Positions 52,526 through 61,303 of a stretch of DNA of 64,000 nt are shown here, one piece after another. The position numbers and the translations under genes are program-made. The notes beneath the pieces are model-generated. The model made no database searches, was not told the DNA's origin, and saw nothing but the letters and a program-made list of their open reading frames with translations. The stretch is from Coriobacteriia bacterium (GTDB taxonomy: Bacteria; Actinomycetota; Coriobacteriia; WRKU01; WQUG01): positions 8,615-72,614 of the forward strand of contig WRBC01000008.1 of NCBI GenBank assembly GCA_009779855.1, read 5' to 3'. Positions within the stretch are counted from its first letter, which is position 1; the number at the start of each line of letters is the position of its first letter.

Positions 52526-52620
52526 TTAGGCTGAAATTGCTGTAATATGGATTTATTATGAAGTCTGGAAAAGATTGGAACCTTAGATGACTAATTGTCC
52601 GTAGACCACTTCAGCCTAAG
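52526..52620 (+). promoter_or_regulatory. Long-range inverted repeat able to sequester the Shine-Dalgarno of the adhesin gene
   Basis: cttaggctgaa (52526-52536) is the perfect reverse complement of ttcagcctaag (52610-52620). The latter overlaps the SD aaggag, 9 nt upstream of the ATG at 52629. Confidence 0.4.
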
Positions 52621-52628
52621 GAGTCACC

Positions 52629-55600
52629 ATGGGTACTTCACGTAGAGCGCTTTTGTCGCTATGTATTGTTCTGGCTATGCTTTTTATTAGTGCACCTTTC
52701 TTGCTAGGTGCTGCTTTTAACGAAGAGGCTGACAACCCTCCAGAAGAAGCCCCCGTGATTACCAGTCTGCTCGAGTTATTTCAGAGCGCAGAGACTACGC
52801 AAAGTGTAGAGGCGACAGAGGATGCCTCTACGATTAGTGCTTCTGGGGACGGGAAGAGCGATGTCCTACAACCAGGCTTTAGACCTCCAATGAGCCCAGA
52901 TGCCTTTTCTGCGTCAGGTGTTTTCGGAGACGAGATGACCCTTGGCCCACTGGGTGGGGGTCCCCTTGCTGGCATTCTTAGTGCGGGTACCGCAATTCAG
53001 CCTTATGCTGCAGCAACAAGCTCTAATCTAACTGATTTTGTTGAAGTCGTTCAGATGTATGATATGAGCACAGATCCTCCTACATTGGTTCCAAGTGGAG
53101 GGGCCACGATACTTGGAGGAAACTACAGATTTGCGATTACCTTTGCAGAGACCTCTCAACTGCAGATGGCGTACGACACCAACGGGTTCCTGACGTACCA
53201 ACTTCCTGCTGACCTGACTATTTTAAACCCAGTCGAGCAGACTCCTTTCTACAGTCCTGTTAATGGTGACAGGATTATTGGATGGTACACAATCAGTACC
53301 AGTGGTCTTGTAGAAATGTGGTTCGATAATGTCGACATGAGCGGGAATCCAACTCCTGGCGGAATTAACCTTATTGATTATTATGCAAACGTAAGTATTA
53401 CCCTTAATGTGTTTGCACAATTGACGGGTGGCTCTGATGGAAACATTGATTTTGGCGGCGGGGTCATAGTAGAAATTGCCCCTCCAGTGAAGCCAGATCC
53501 TTCACTTACTATGCACAAAGCTTCCCGTTATGTACCAACTCCAGGGCCGGGAACTTTGCCAGAGCGAATCGAATACATGCTCACCATTACTGCTCTAGGC
53601 GGTCCGATAGATAATGTCTTTGTACTGGATACCCCAACCATTGATGCGGGATCAGGACCTGTTAGTTTTGCAGATTCATCCGTTTTTAATAGTTTCAGGT
53701 ACTATTTTGATGGTGATCCGCACTTTACGCCTTTTACCCCCAGTTGGCTGCCAGGCTCTGATCTTATATGGACACATTCCTTTGGTGACTTTGTTCTGGA
53801 AGAGGGGCACAGTATTACCATTAGATATTACGTGGATATTCCTGCGCTGGTAAGTTTAAATATTGGCACTGATCAGCCACTTGATGGCATGAGTGAAATT
53901 ATCTACAACTTCTTCGTGCTTAATACGGCGTATGTTGCAGGTCAAGACTACGGAACTGGGCTTGCAGTTCCCCCTGTATTTGACTCGACAACGGACAATG
54001 TAAGAAAAGATTTTGTATTAAATAAAACAGGGGAATACATTAGCAATACCAACCAGATACAGTGGTCAGTTACTGTTGGGGACGGACAATCAACCGTGCT
54101 TAACGGAGGAACGATTACAGACATCATTGATAGTCGTCTGACCTTGGTTGATGATAGCGAAATCACCATTCAATTCATTGATCAAAGCGGCACTATACAG
54201 TCCTTCACGGCTACCGAACTTGCAGCTATGACACCTCCGCTCTATGAGCGAGACCCCATACCTGCTGGGCAGACAGATCCTATTAATGGGTTTACCGTTA
54301 CCGTACCACCCAATGCGATTCCATGGGCAGCGTTTTATCAAGTGATTATCACCTATACTACAGAAATTGATCCAGGCGATATTCCGCAGCAAGGTGAGCC
54401 CCCAATCGTTTTTGGAAATGATATTTACTTTCAGTTTCCTGACGGAGGGCCAGGGATTGAGGGTGGTACACAGGTTCCTATAATTGCTGACAGAGTGGAT
54501 ATGAACAAGACAACTTCAGGCATTTGTGGTCGCCCAGATCTAAGCCCTGCTGAGGCAGGACCTAATGGGGAACTTTATTACGTGGACTATGTTATTACCG
54601 TTGACGTTCCTGCTGGTTTACAAGGGCAACCCCTCTACCTGTATGACAATCTGGGTCTTTCCCCAGGGGGACTAGGAGTAGCCAATGTTCCTGTCCTTAC
54701 TGATGTTAGTGTAGAGGGTTCAGAGGTTGCTAGCATACCTTTGCAGAATACGTCTGCAATTCCTTATAGTACCCAGCCGACTGTTAATGCTTGGAAGATG
54801 TTCTTTGGTGCGACAGGAGACACCGAACCTATTGTCTGGGGATGGCAATACAATGACGAAATAACGCTTACTGTCGAATACAGAATATGGTTAGATCAGG
54901 CAGCTGTTAATGGACTGAGATCTGGGAGGCAGCTACAAAATACTGCCTATTTAATCAATGGACTAGGTTCTCCGAATGTTGGCGCGCTGGGTAATGCAGT
55001 GGGGAGTATCTACGTAACTGATCTTTGGCCTATTATAAAAGGTGTTCAAAAGACGGCAAATCCAGCACTGTTTAACTATACTGTTGACATTAAAGGCAAT
55101 TACTCTACTAGGGCAAGCTCTCTTCTTGAAGGGAAGGCTCCGCTATTTACTGATACTTTTGACTCAAGGCTTGAATATGTGCCTAATTCGTTTTATATCG
55201 TAAACACAAATACCCCTGGCTATTATTATGTACCCAACAGCGATGTTACTGCTTTAAGTGGCACTTTTACTGTGGCACTTGCGGATGGAAATTGGACCCA
55301 GTACCAGGGACAATTTCCTAGCGGCAGCAATCCACAACCAGCCACGGGTGAATGGTTCGGGGCAAACTATACGTATGAAGCTCATTACCAGCTTATTGTG
55401 AGTGAAGCTTACCGTGAGACCGCAGAAACAATCAGCCTTGCCAACACAGCAGCGATTGAAGTCAATCCAGGAGAGTGCAAATTTGAGGCATCTCAAGCGG
55501 TTCCTTATGTTCAAACGCGCATGGACAAGTCTATGAACCCGACAGCACCTGGTTCTGACCTTGTTGATGTCGAAATTGTTATCAATCCAGATGGATCAAT

Positions 55601-55694
55601 AGAATTTTCCGATCCAAGCTCTACCGCTTCACCACCGACCACGATTACAGCAAGCGACTTTTTAAGAAACCTAGCCTTTTTGTGGATACCGTAA
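52629..55694 (+). CDS. Large secreted adhesin, N-terminal 1021-aa segment (interrupted by frameshift)
   Basis: Signal peptide. The long beta-rich sequence has no enzymatic motifs. The reading frame continues in +2 after a T5 homopolymer at 55677-55681. Confidence 0.6.
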   Translation: MGTSRRALLSLCIVLAMLFISAPFLLGAAFNEEADNPPEEAPVITSLLELFQSAETTQSVEATEDASTISASGDGKSDVLQPGFRPPMSPDAFSASGVFGDEMTLGPLGGGPLAGILSAGTAIQPYAAATSSNLTDFVEVVQMYDMSTDPPTLVPSGGATILGGNYRFAITFAETSQLQMAYDTNGFLTYQLPADLTILNPVEQTPFYSPVNGDRIIGWYTISTSGLVEMWFDNVDMSGNPTPGGINLIDYYANVSITLNVFAQLTGGSDGNIDFGGGVIVEIAPPVKPDPSLTMHKASRYVPTPGPGTLPERIEYMLTITALGGPIDNVFVLDTPTIDAGSGPVSFADSSVFNSFRYYFDGDPHFTPFTPSWLPGSDLIWTHSFGDFVLEEGHSITIRYYVDIPALVSLNIGTDQPLDGMSEIIYNFFVLNTAYVAGQDYGTGLAVPPVFDSTTDNVRKDFVLNKTGEYISNTNQIQWSVTVGDGQSTVLNGGTITDIIDSRLTLVDDSEITIQFIDQSGTIQSFTATELAAMTPPLYERDPIPAGQTDPINGFTVTVPPNAIPWAAFYQVIITYTTEIDPGDIPQQGEPPIVFGNDIYFQFPDGGPGIEGGTQVPIIADRVDMNKTTSGICGRPDLSPAEAGPNGELYYVDYVITVDVPAGLQGQPLYLYDNLGLSPGGLGVANVPVLTDVSVEGSEVASIPLQNTSAIPYSTQPTVNAWKMFFGATGDTEPIVWGWQYNDEITLTVEYRIWLDQAAVNGLRSGRQLQNTAYLINGLGSPNVGALGNAVGSIYVTDLWPIIKGVQKTANPALFNYTVDIKGNYSTRASSLLEGKAPLFTDTFDSRLEYVPNSFYIVNTNTPGYYYVPNSDVTALSGTFTVALADGNWTQYQGQFPSGSNPQPATGEWFGANYTYEAHYQLIVSEAYRETAETISLANTAAIEVNPGECKFEASQAVPYVQTRMDKSMNPTAPGSDLVDVEIVINPDGSIEFSDPSSTASPPTTITASDFLRNLAFLWIP

Positions 55695-57376
55695 CTTTTT
55701 ACACGCAAACACAGGATCCTGTTACCGGCATTTGGGACGGAGTATGGGTTGCGGTTGGTACCCCGCCAACCAGCATGAACGACCGAACCGAATGGAGTAT
55801 TAATCCTGTTGTGCCGCCTGCGCCCCCTGCAGGGGTTATAGCTGACAGTCAAGTTGATTTTGTTATTCCCAATGGGAAGCCTGTAATGATTACCTATCAG
55901 GTTCGTGTAACGTTGCCGCCAGGTGAGGCAGGCACTATTAGTAATGAGGTTCGCATCTTTGGAGAAACTGCAGAAGACGGCAATAACAATTTTGTAGTTG
56001 ATGGCGGTGGTATCGGGGTTGGTGGTGATAAGGTAAACCTGCGTGTATTTAAAGCAGATCAAGCGGGAAACAATTTGCCAGGTGCGACCTTCAGTCTTTA
56101 TGTGACAGATATTGGGGGTGGACTGTTTGTTCCCCCAGGTGGACTACCCGTAGCAAAGACTGTTATGGGTGCTGGTGGCGAAACTATTGAATTCGCCTTG
56201 GTTGAAGTGGCTGGACCTAGCCCTCCTGCTTTGGTGGACTCAGTAACAACAGATTCGACTGGTATTGCCCTGTTTAGCGACAGTGAATGGCTTACCTCTG
56301 ACGCTAGTTTTGACTTGCTCTATTTGCTTGTAGAAACTGGTGTGCCTGCAGGGTACACTGTGGCCAATGAAAATACCTTCTTTGTGCTTAACCCAGTAAT
56401 TGATAGTGTGACACTTGATGGCCTCAAGGCTCTTTTAGATAGTGAAATTGGCGATAGTCAGGTTGACCGGGCAACAGATTTTGTTCGAGTAGAAAATACT
56501 GCACTGGGCGCTATGACTGTACAGAAGGTATTTGAGCTTCCAGAGGACATTACGGATCTTTTGCTTCGTGAGAACCTAGGAGACTTTGAGCTAGTCATTA
56601 CTGGTCCAGAAAGCCTTGAGACAACCCTTGGGATACAGGCAATCCTTGATAATCCTGGCGGTATTCTAATTGAAGACCTTGTTCCGGGTACTTATACCAT
56701 TGCTGAGCGCAGTGCAGAGATTGCGAGTCTTGTGCTTACTACTGATCCGCCCTTGCCTTATACCTATGAAGTGGAACCTGCTTCTACTGGGGCAGTGGCA
56801 ATTGTAATTACCAATACTTATACGCTGGAACCGCCACCACCTGTTCCTGTGGACTTGCGTTTGACTAAGAGCATAGAGGGCCTTTCTGATGCGCAAATCA
56901 GGGAGCACTTACAAGATATCCAGATTGTAGTTGATGGTCCAGGAAGAAGCTCTGACAGAATCTTTACGCTGCAAGATATTCTTGCAGGTCCCCTGGTGAT
57001 TGAAAACGCAGATCCTGGTCGTTATGAGATTAGTGAACGAAACGCTGAGGTTGATGGGTTTAGCCTAGTTACAAGTCCAACCTTACCTCATGCGTTTGAG
57101 CTTTTGCCTAATGATGCTGGATATGTAGAAATTGCTCTTTATAACATATATACGCCTAGGCCACCTGGGGACAACAATCCTGGGGATGATAACCTACCAG
57201 GTGACTCTCCAGGGTCATCTGATTCATCTAGAAATCCTGGAAGAGGGCCAATCACAGGTGATTGGTTACAGGGGATTAATTTGATAATCTTACTGCTAGC
57301 TGCATTGACAGTAGCAATAAGTGCTAGAGAATTGCATAAGGATAAAGCAAAGGGTGCACAGGATGAAGGTGACTAA
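55682..57376 (+). CDS. Large adhesin, C-terminal 564-aa segment with SpaA/CnaB-type domains and GPITGD sorting-like signal
   Basis: VNLRVFKADQAGNNLPGATFSLYVTD is the canonical CnaB/SpaA-isopeptide (prealbumin-like) domain start. Repeated TxxERxAEIxGxxLxT modules follow. C-terminus is PITGD + TM helix + RELHKDKAK. Confidence 0.6.
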   Translation: MDTVTFYTQTQDPVTGIWDGVWVAVGTPPTSMNDRTEWSINPVVPPAPPAGVIADSQVDFVIPNGKPVMITYQVRVTLPPGEAGTISNEVRIFGETAEDGNNNFVVDGGGIGVGGDKVNLRVFKADQAGNNLPGATFSLYVTDIGGGLFVPPGGLPVAKTVMGAGGETIEFALVEVAGPSPPALVDSVTTDSTGIALFSDSEWLTSDASFDLLYLLVETGVPAGYTVANENTFFVLNPVIDSVTLDGLKALLDSEIGDSQVDRATDFVRVENTALGAMTVQKVFELPEDITDLLLRENLGDFELVITGPESLETTLGIQAILDNPGGILIEDLVPGTYTIAERSAEIASLVLTTDPPLPYTYEVEPASTGAVAIVITNTYTLEPPPPVPVDLRLTKSIEGLSDAQIREHLQDIQIVVDGPGRSSDRIFTLQDILAGPLVIENADPGRYEISERNAEVDGFSLVTSPTLPHAFELLPNDAGYVEIALYNIYTPRPPGDNNPGDDNLPGDSPGSSDSSRNPGRGPITGDWLQGINLIILLLAALTVAISARELHKDKAKGAQDEGD

Positions 57377-57412
57377 TGGAGGAAGTGTTTGGCAAGGGTG
57401 GGCACAGGTAGC

Positions 57413-57976
57413 CTATTCCTCATCAAGTATTTCTTGTAGCGCATGTTCTATAGTGTCGAAGTTGATTGCTCCCATAAAGCGTGAACTGATAATTCCGTCA
57501 GAGTCGATAAAAAAGGTTTCTGGAACACCTGTCACACCATAGGCGAGCGCGCCTTCACTTGCCTCGTCAAAGTATATGGGAAAGGTGAAGCCTTCTTCAT
57601 CCATGTAGGCACGTGCGACCTCAATAGGTTCGTCGACGTTTAACACGATAAATTTTACATCATTTCCGTACTGCTCAAAGGCTTGTTGAAAATGAGGTTT
57701 TTCCATACGACAGGGAGGGCACCAGCTGGCCCAGAAGTTAAGAACTACAGGGGTTCCTTCAAAGTCGCTTAAGAACTGTCGGTGTCCTTGTTCACTTAAA
57801 AATTCAAAATCAGGAGCAGCGCCGTTCACCATTTCTGCCTGAGCATCATCGGGCAAGAGGTCTGCAATATCATAATTTGGCAATACCCAAAATTGCAGTG
57901 CAAGGGCACCTGCTATTACGACGGCCAATGCACCACCTAAAATACCTGCAATAGTAAGGTTTTTTCTTTTGTCCAT
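57413..57976 (-). CDS. Membrane-anchored thioredoxin-like thiol-disulfide oxidoreductase (TlpA/ResA family)
   Basis: N-terminal TM anchor and a WCPPC active site (VVLNFWASWCPPCRME). Confidence 0.8.
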   Translation of the reverse strand: MDKRKNLTIAGILGGALAVVIAGALALQFWVLPNYDIADLLPDDAQAEMVNGAAPDFEFLSEQGHRQFLSDFEGTPVVLNFWASWCPPCRMEKPHFQQAFEQYGNDVKFIVLNVDEPIEVARAYMDEEGFTFPIYFDEASEGALAYGVTGVPETFFIDSDGIISSRFMGAINFDTIEHALQEILDEE

Positions 57977-58007
57977 ATGCCTATTTGCCCCTTACTGTGG
58001 TAGTCGC

Positions 58008-58718
58008 TTAGAGATTTGTTAAAAAGCCTGTTAGTACGAAGGCATATCCGCTCATTATGAGTATGCCCATCAGTATCAAGAGTCCACCAGATACTATTCT
58101 GATAGTGCGATAATTGCGCTTGATGAAGTCAAAGGCACCCTTGAGTGAATTAATGAGAAGTGCACTTATTACAAAAGGAATACCTAAGCCTAGCGAGTAG
58201 AATAGTAACAGAAGGGCTCCTATGTACCAAGTTCCACTTGCTGCTGCTAGAAGCAGCGCTGATCCCAAAAAGGCGCTGATACAGGGGGTATGACTAACGG
58301 AAAATATTACCCCTAAAAAGAAGGATTTAATACCGTCTTTTCTTCCCGAAGATTCTCCTGTGGACCTATTAGCTAGTCGAGAAAAGACTCTGATATCGGG
58401 AAGCTTGAAAAGACCCATATAGCCCAGACCAAAAAGAATGACGATACTTCCGGCAACAATATTTACTATGGTTTGGTACTGCGTGATAAAGGCACCCAAG
58501 GTTCCTGCAAATACTCCTAAGAGTACAAATACTGAGGTGAAACCTGCCATAAAGAACAGTGCACTTGCTAGTACTCGCAGGCGATGTTTCCGTGGATTAG
58601 AGCCATCATCATCTGTTGCCACGCCTGCAAAGTAGCTTGCAAATATTGGCAGAAGAGGAAGTAAGCAGGGCGAAATAAAGGTGAGTATGCCTTCAAGGAA
58701 GGTGAGTGCGTACAGCAT
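58008..58718 (-). CDS. ccdA: Cytochrome c-type biogenesis / thiol-disulfide transporter CcdA (DsbD core)
   Basis: 6 TM helices with conserved Cys in TM1 (FISPCLLPLLP) and TM4 (HTPCISA). Confidence 0.8.
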   Translation of the reverse strand: MLYALTFLEGILTFISPCLLPLLPIFASYFAGVATDDDGSNPRKHRLRVLASALFFMAGFTSVFVLLGVFAGTLGAFITQYQTIVNIVAGSIVILFGLGYMGLFKLPDIRVFSRLANRSTGESSGRKDGIKSFFLGVIFSVSHTPCISAFLGSALLLAAASGTWYIGALLLLFYSLGLGIPFVISALLINSLKGAFDFIKRNYRTIRIVSGGLLILMGILIMSGYAFVLTGFLTNL

Positions 58719-58893
58719 GCTAGCTATCTTACCTTATATGGAGACGCTTTACTATAGGAATGGTTCGCAAGTTTAAAAGATAGTTGGATTTGCATTTGTG
58801 GTAAAACATTGTTACACTGATATTGCAAATGAAACATTGTTCTACCGTTTTGCAGGTTGTCAGCACACGATGAACGAGGACTAGGAGTGAATC

Positions 58894-59592
58894 GTGATAG
58901 AAATATCTAAAAAAGATCTACTAGAAAAAACAGGCATATCGTATGGACAGCTTTATCGCTGGAAGCGTGAAAGGCTTATCCCAGAAGAGTGGTTTGTAAA
59001 AAGATCTGCAGTTACTGGGCAGGAAACGTACTTTCCTCGTGAGCAGATGCTTGATCGTATTGAGGCAATCCTTGATTTAAAAGAAGACCACAGCTTAGAA
59101 GAAATCCGTAACATTCTTGCATCAGAACATAGCATGCTTTTAGGACGAAAAAGGATAGAGAGTCTGGGGATACTTCCTAATGGTCTATTCGACCGTGTCG
59201 CTTACTTAAAGGACAAGAAAGAGTTTAGGCGGGGAGAGCTTGCTTTCATAGTGATGATTAACGAGGTTGCTGCAGAAAAAAAATTGCCGGACTCAGAGCA
59301 TGACGATTTGCTCGAAAGAAGCCTGCCCTTACTAGAAAAAGAAAGAGCGGCAAGCAGTGTCGTATTTTTGATTAGCGCAGAAGGCAGACTTTACGTTGTC
59401 TTGGCTAGCGAAGGAAAGCAGCCCCTGTTTGACAGCGGTATAGAAATTATACGAACAGCATCCCTAGTTGACCTAGTTGCAAAGCTAAAGATTGGACGCT
59501 TTGACGGAAATGATGAAGAGGCCACAGGAAGTGATGGCGATGGCAAAGAAGATGCAAACACACCAAAAATTGTAAATATCACCGCAAGATAA
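58894..59592 (+). CDS. MerR-like HTH (DUF4004-like) domain protein
   Basis: The N-terminus [27 protein letters not shown] resembles a MerR-type HTH. The C-terminal ~150 aa are uncharacterised with an acidic tail. Confidence 0.4.
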   Translation: MIEISKKDLLEKTGISYGQLYRWKRERLIPEEWFVKRSAVTGQETYFPREQMLDRIEAILDLKEDHSLEEIRNILASEHSMLLGRKRIESLGILPNGLFDRVAYLKDKKEFRRGELAFIVMINEVAAEKKLPDSEHDDLLERSLPLLEKERAASSVVFLISAEGRLYVVLASEGKQPLFDSGIEIIRTASLVDLVAKLKIGRFDGNDEEATGSDGDGKEDANTPKIVNITAR

Positions 59593-59681
59593 GTTTTTTT
59601 TGGGAAGATATTTCAGAAAATAACAAGTTAAGACTATAGAGCACCTTTGATTACATTTAAGCGAGAGGAAGAGGACGTATC

Positions 59682-60308
59682 ATGCAGAGAACAGACTTTG
59701 ATGGCATATTAAGCATTGCAGGGGGCACTTACGAGCACTTGTCCATTAGTGGTGTTTGCAATTGCAGTGGTAATTTGGCTGCGCAAATCGTTGACATTGA
59801 TGGCATCTTGAATTGTGACAAAAATCTAGAAACAGGCAAGTTTGACTGTGATGGTATAGCAAACATCAAGGGTAATGTGCGTGCTGATCTTATTGATGTA
59901 GACGGCTACATGAATATTGGCAGAAAATCTAGAAGCGCCAAATTGGAAGCAAGTGAGATTCGCTGCCGCGGAATCATCACGTGTTTAGGAACTGGCGAGA
60001 TCAATGCTGACCTAATTGATGCAGAAGGGTACATTAACGCCACAGAAATTGTGGGGGAAAAGGTTATCATTAAGTCCCAAACAAGCATTCTTATGAAATG
60101 GCTGGCGAATAAATGGTCGAAGGTAGACACCATTGAGGCAACTACCATCGAACTTTCTGAAGTAACTGCAAAGGTGGTCAACGGTCACGATATTACTGTT
60201 GGTGAGAATTGTGTGATTGATAAATTGGACTGCAGTGGAAGATTGATAATCCATCCGACTGCAACTATCAAAGAAATCACAGGAGACCACATAAGAATCA
60301 CTACTTAG
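59682..60308 (+). CDS. Beta-helical repeat protein (bactofilin/DUF4097-like polymer-forming fold)
   Basis: Four degenerate ~33-aa repeats (GNLAAQIVDIDGILNC / GNVRADLIDVDGYMNI / GEINADLIDAEGYINA / GENCVIDKLDCSGRLII). Confidence 0.4.
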   Translation: MQRTDFDGILSIAGGTYEHLSISGVCNCSGNLAAQIVDIDGILNCDKNLETGKFDCDGIANIKGNVRADLIDVDGYMNIGRKSRSAKLEASEIRCRGIITCLGTGEINADLIDAEGYINATEIVGEKVIIKSQTSILMKWLANKWSKVDTIEATTIELSEVTAKVVNGHDITVGENCVIDKLDCSGRLIIHPTATIKEITGDHIRITT

Positions 60309-60346
60309 TGTTACACTTTCTTTGTTGAAAAGGAAAGGGGCCTTAG

Positions 60347-60793
60347 GTGAATTGTCCTAAATGTGGGCATGTTGACAGTAAAGTAATTGATTCACGAGCG
60401 AGCGAATCGCAGGATGCAATTCGTCGTCGTCGTGAGTGCTTAGAATGTGGTACGCGCTTTACAACGTATGAACGCCGCGAAGAGCAACCGCTGGTTGTGA
60501 TAAAGCGTGATGGATCCCGTGAGCCTTTTGACTTTCAAAAATTGCGTCGAGGGCTTATGGTGGCTGCTGCAAAACGTCCTATATCTGGTGATGATATTGA
60601 CATTCTTATTAATGACATCAGAGACAGCCTGCAGAGCTCTTTCCGCTTTGAGGTTGAGTCTGCGACTTTAGGTGACATGGTTTTACTGCGCCTGAAGAAT
60701 TTAGACTTTGTCGCATACGTACGCTTTGCCAGTGTCTATAAGGATTTTCGCACTGTTGAAGAGTTTACTGGTGAACTTGCGGAGTTGTCTTAA
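60347..60793 (+). CDS. nrdR: Transcriptional repressor NrdR
   Basis: VNCPKCGHVDSKVIDSR...CLECGTRFTTYER zinc ribbon plus an ATP-cone. GTG start. Confidence 0.85.
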   Translation: MNCPKCGHVDSKVIDSRASESQDAIRRRRECLECGTRFTTYERREEQPLVVIKRDGSREPFDFQKLRRGLMVAAAKRPISGDDIDILINDIRDSLQSSFRFEVESATLGDMVLLRLKNLDFVAYVRFASVYKDFRTVEEFTGELAELS

Positions 60794-61303
60794 ATGGGTA
60801 ACTCTGAAGTGAGCAGTTCTGATATTTTAAAGGATTTGGCCTTCTCATCTGTGGCCAGCTCTAAAGTTAAGATGCAGGTTGCCCGTGTACATCCTGAAGC
60901 AGTTTTGCCAAAGTATGGACGTGACGGGGACGCCGGACTTGATTTATGCAGTGTCGAGTCGGTAATTATTGCCCCTTTGCACAGGCAGTTAATAGCAACA
61001 GGTCTTCGTTTTGCTATTCCTCAGGGGTACGCAGGATTTATCCTTCCGCGCAGCGGGCATGCCTTGAAGAAGGGCCTTAGCCTAGTAAACGCTCCAGGAC
61101 TTATTGACAGCAATTACCGAGGAGAGATCTGCATCATCGCCTACAATAGTGACGCGCAAATACCTTTAGAAATTGCGAGCGGAGAGCGCATTGCGCAGCT
61201 TGTGATTCAGGCAGTTCCGACGATTCAGGTCATCGCGTGTAGAGAATCAGACTTAGATGATACCGTGCGCGGGCAGGCAGGATTTGGCTCTAGTGGCGAC
61301 TAA
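60794..61303 (+). CDS. dut: dUTP diphosphatase
   Basis: dUTPase motifs (GDAGLDL, PRSG, GLIDSNYRGE, RGQAGFGSSG). Confidence 0.85.
   Translation: MGNSEVSSSDILKDLAFSSVASSKVKMQVARVHPEAVLPKYGRDGDAGLDLCSVESVIIAPLHRQLIATGLRFAIPQGYAGFILPRSGHALKKGLSLVNAPGLIDSNYRGEICIIAYNSDAQIPLEIASGERIAQLVIQAVPTIQVIACRESDLDDTVRGQAGFGSSGD

Noticed and set aside
61257-61303. 47-nt overlap between dut and rimO suggesting a novel overlapping gene
   Set aside because: It is more simply explained by rimO initiating at the in-frame TTG (61284) or GTG (61293), giving an ordinary 11-20-nt overlap.
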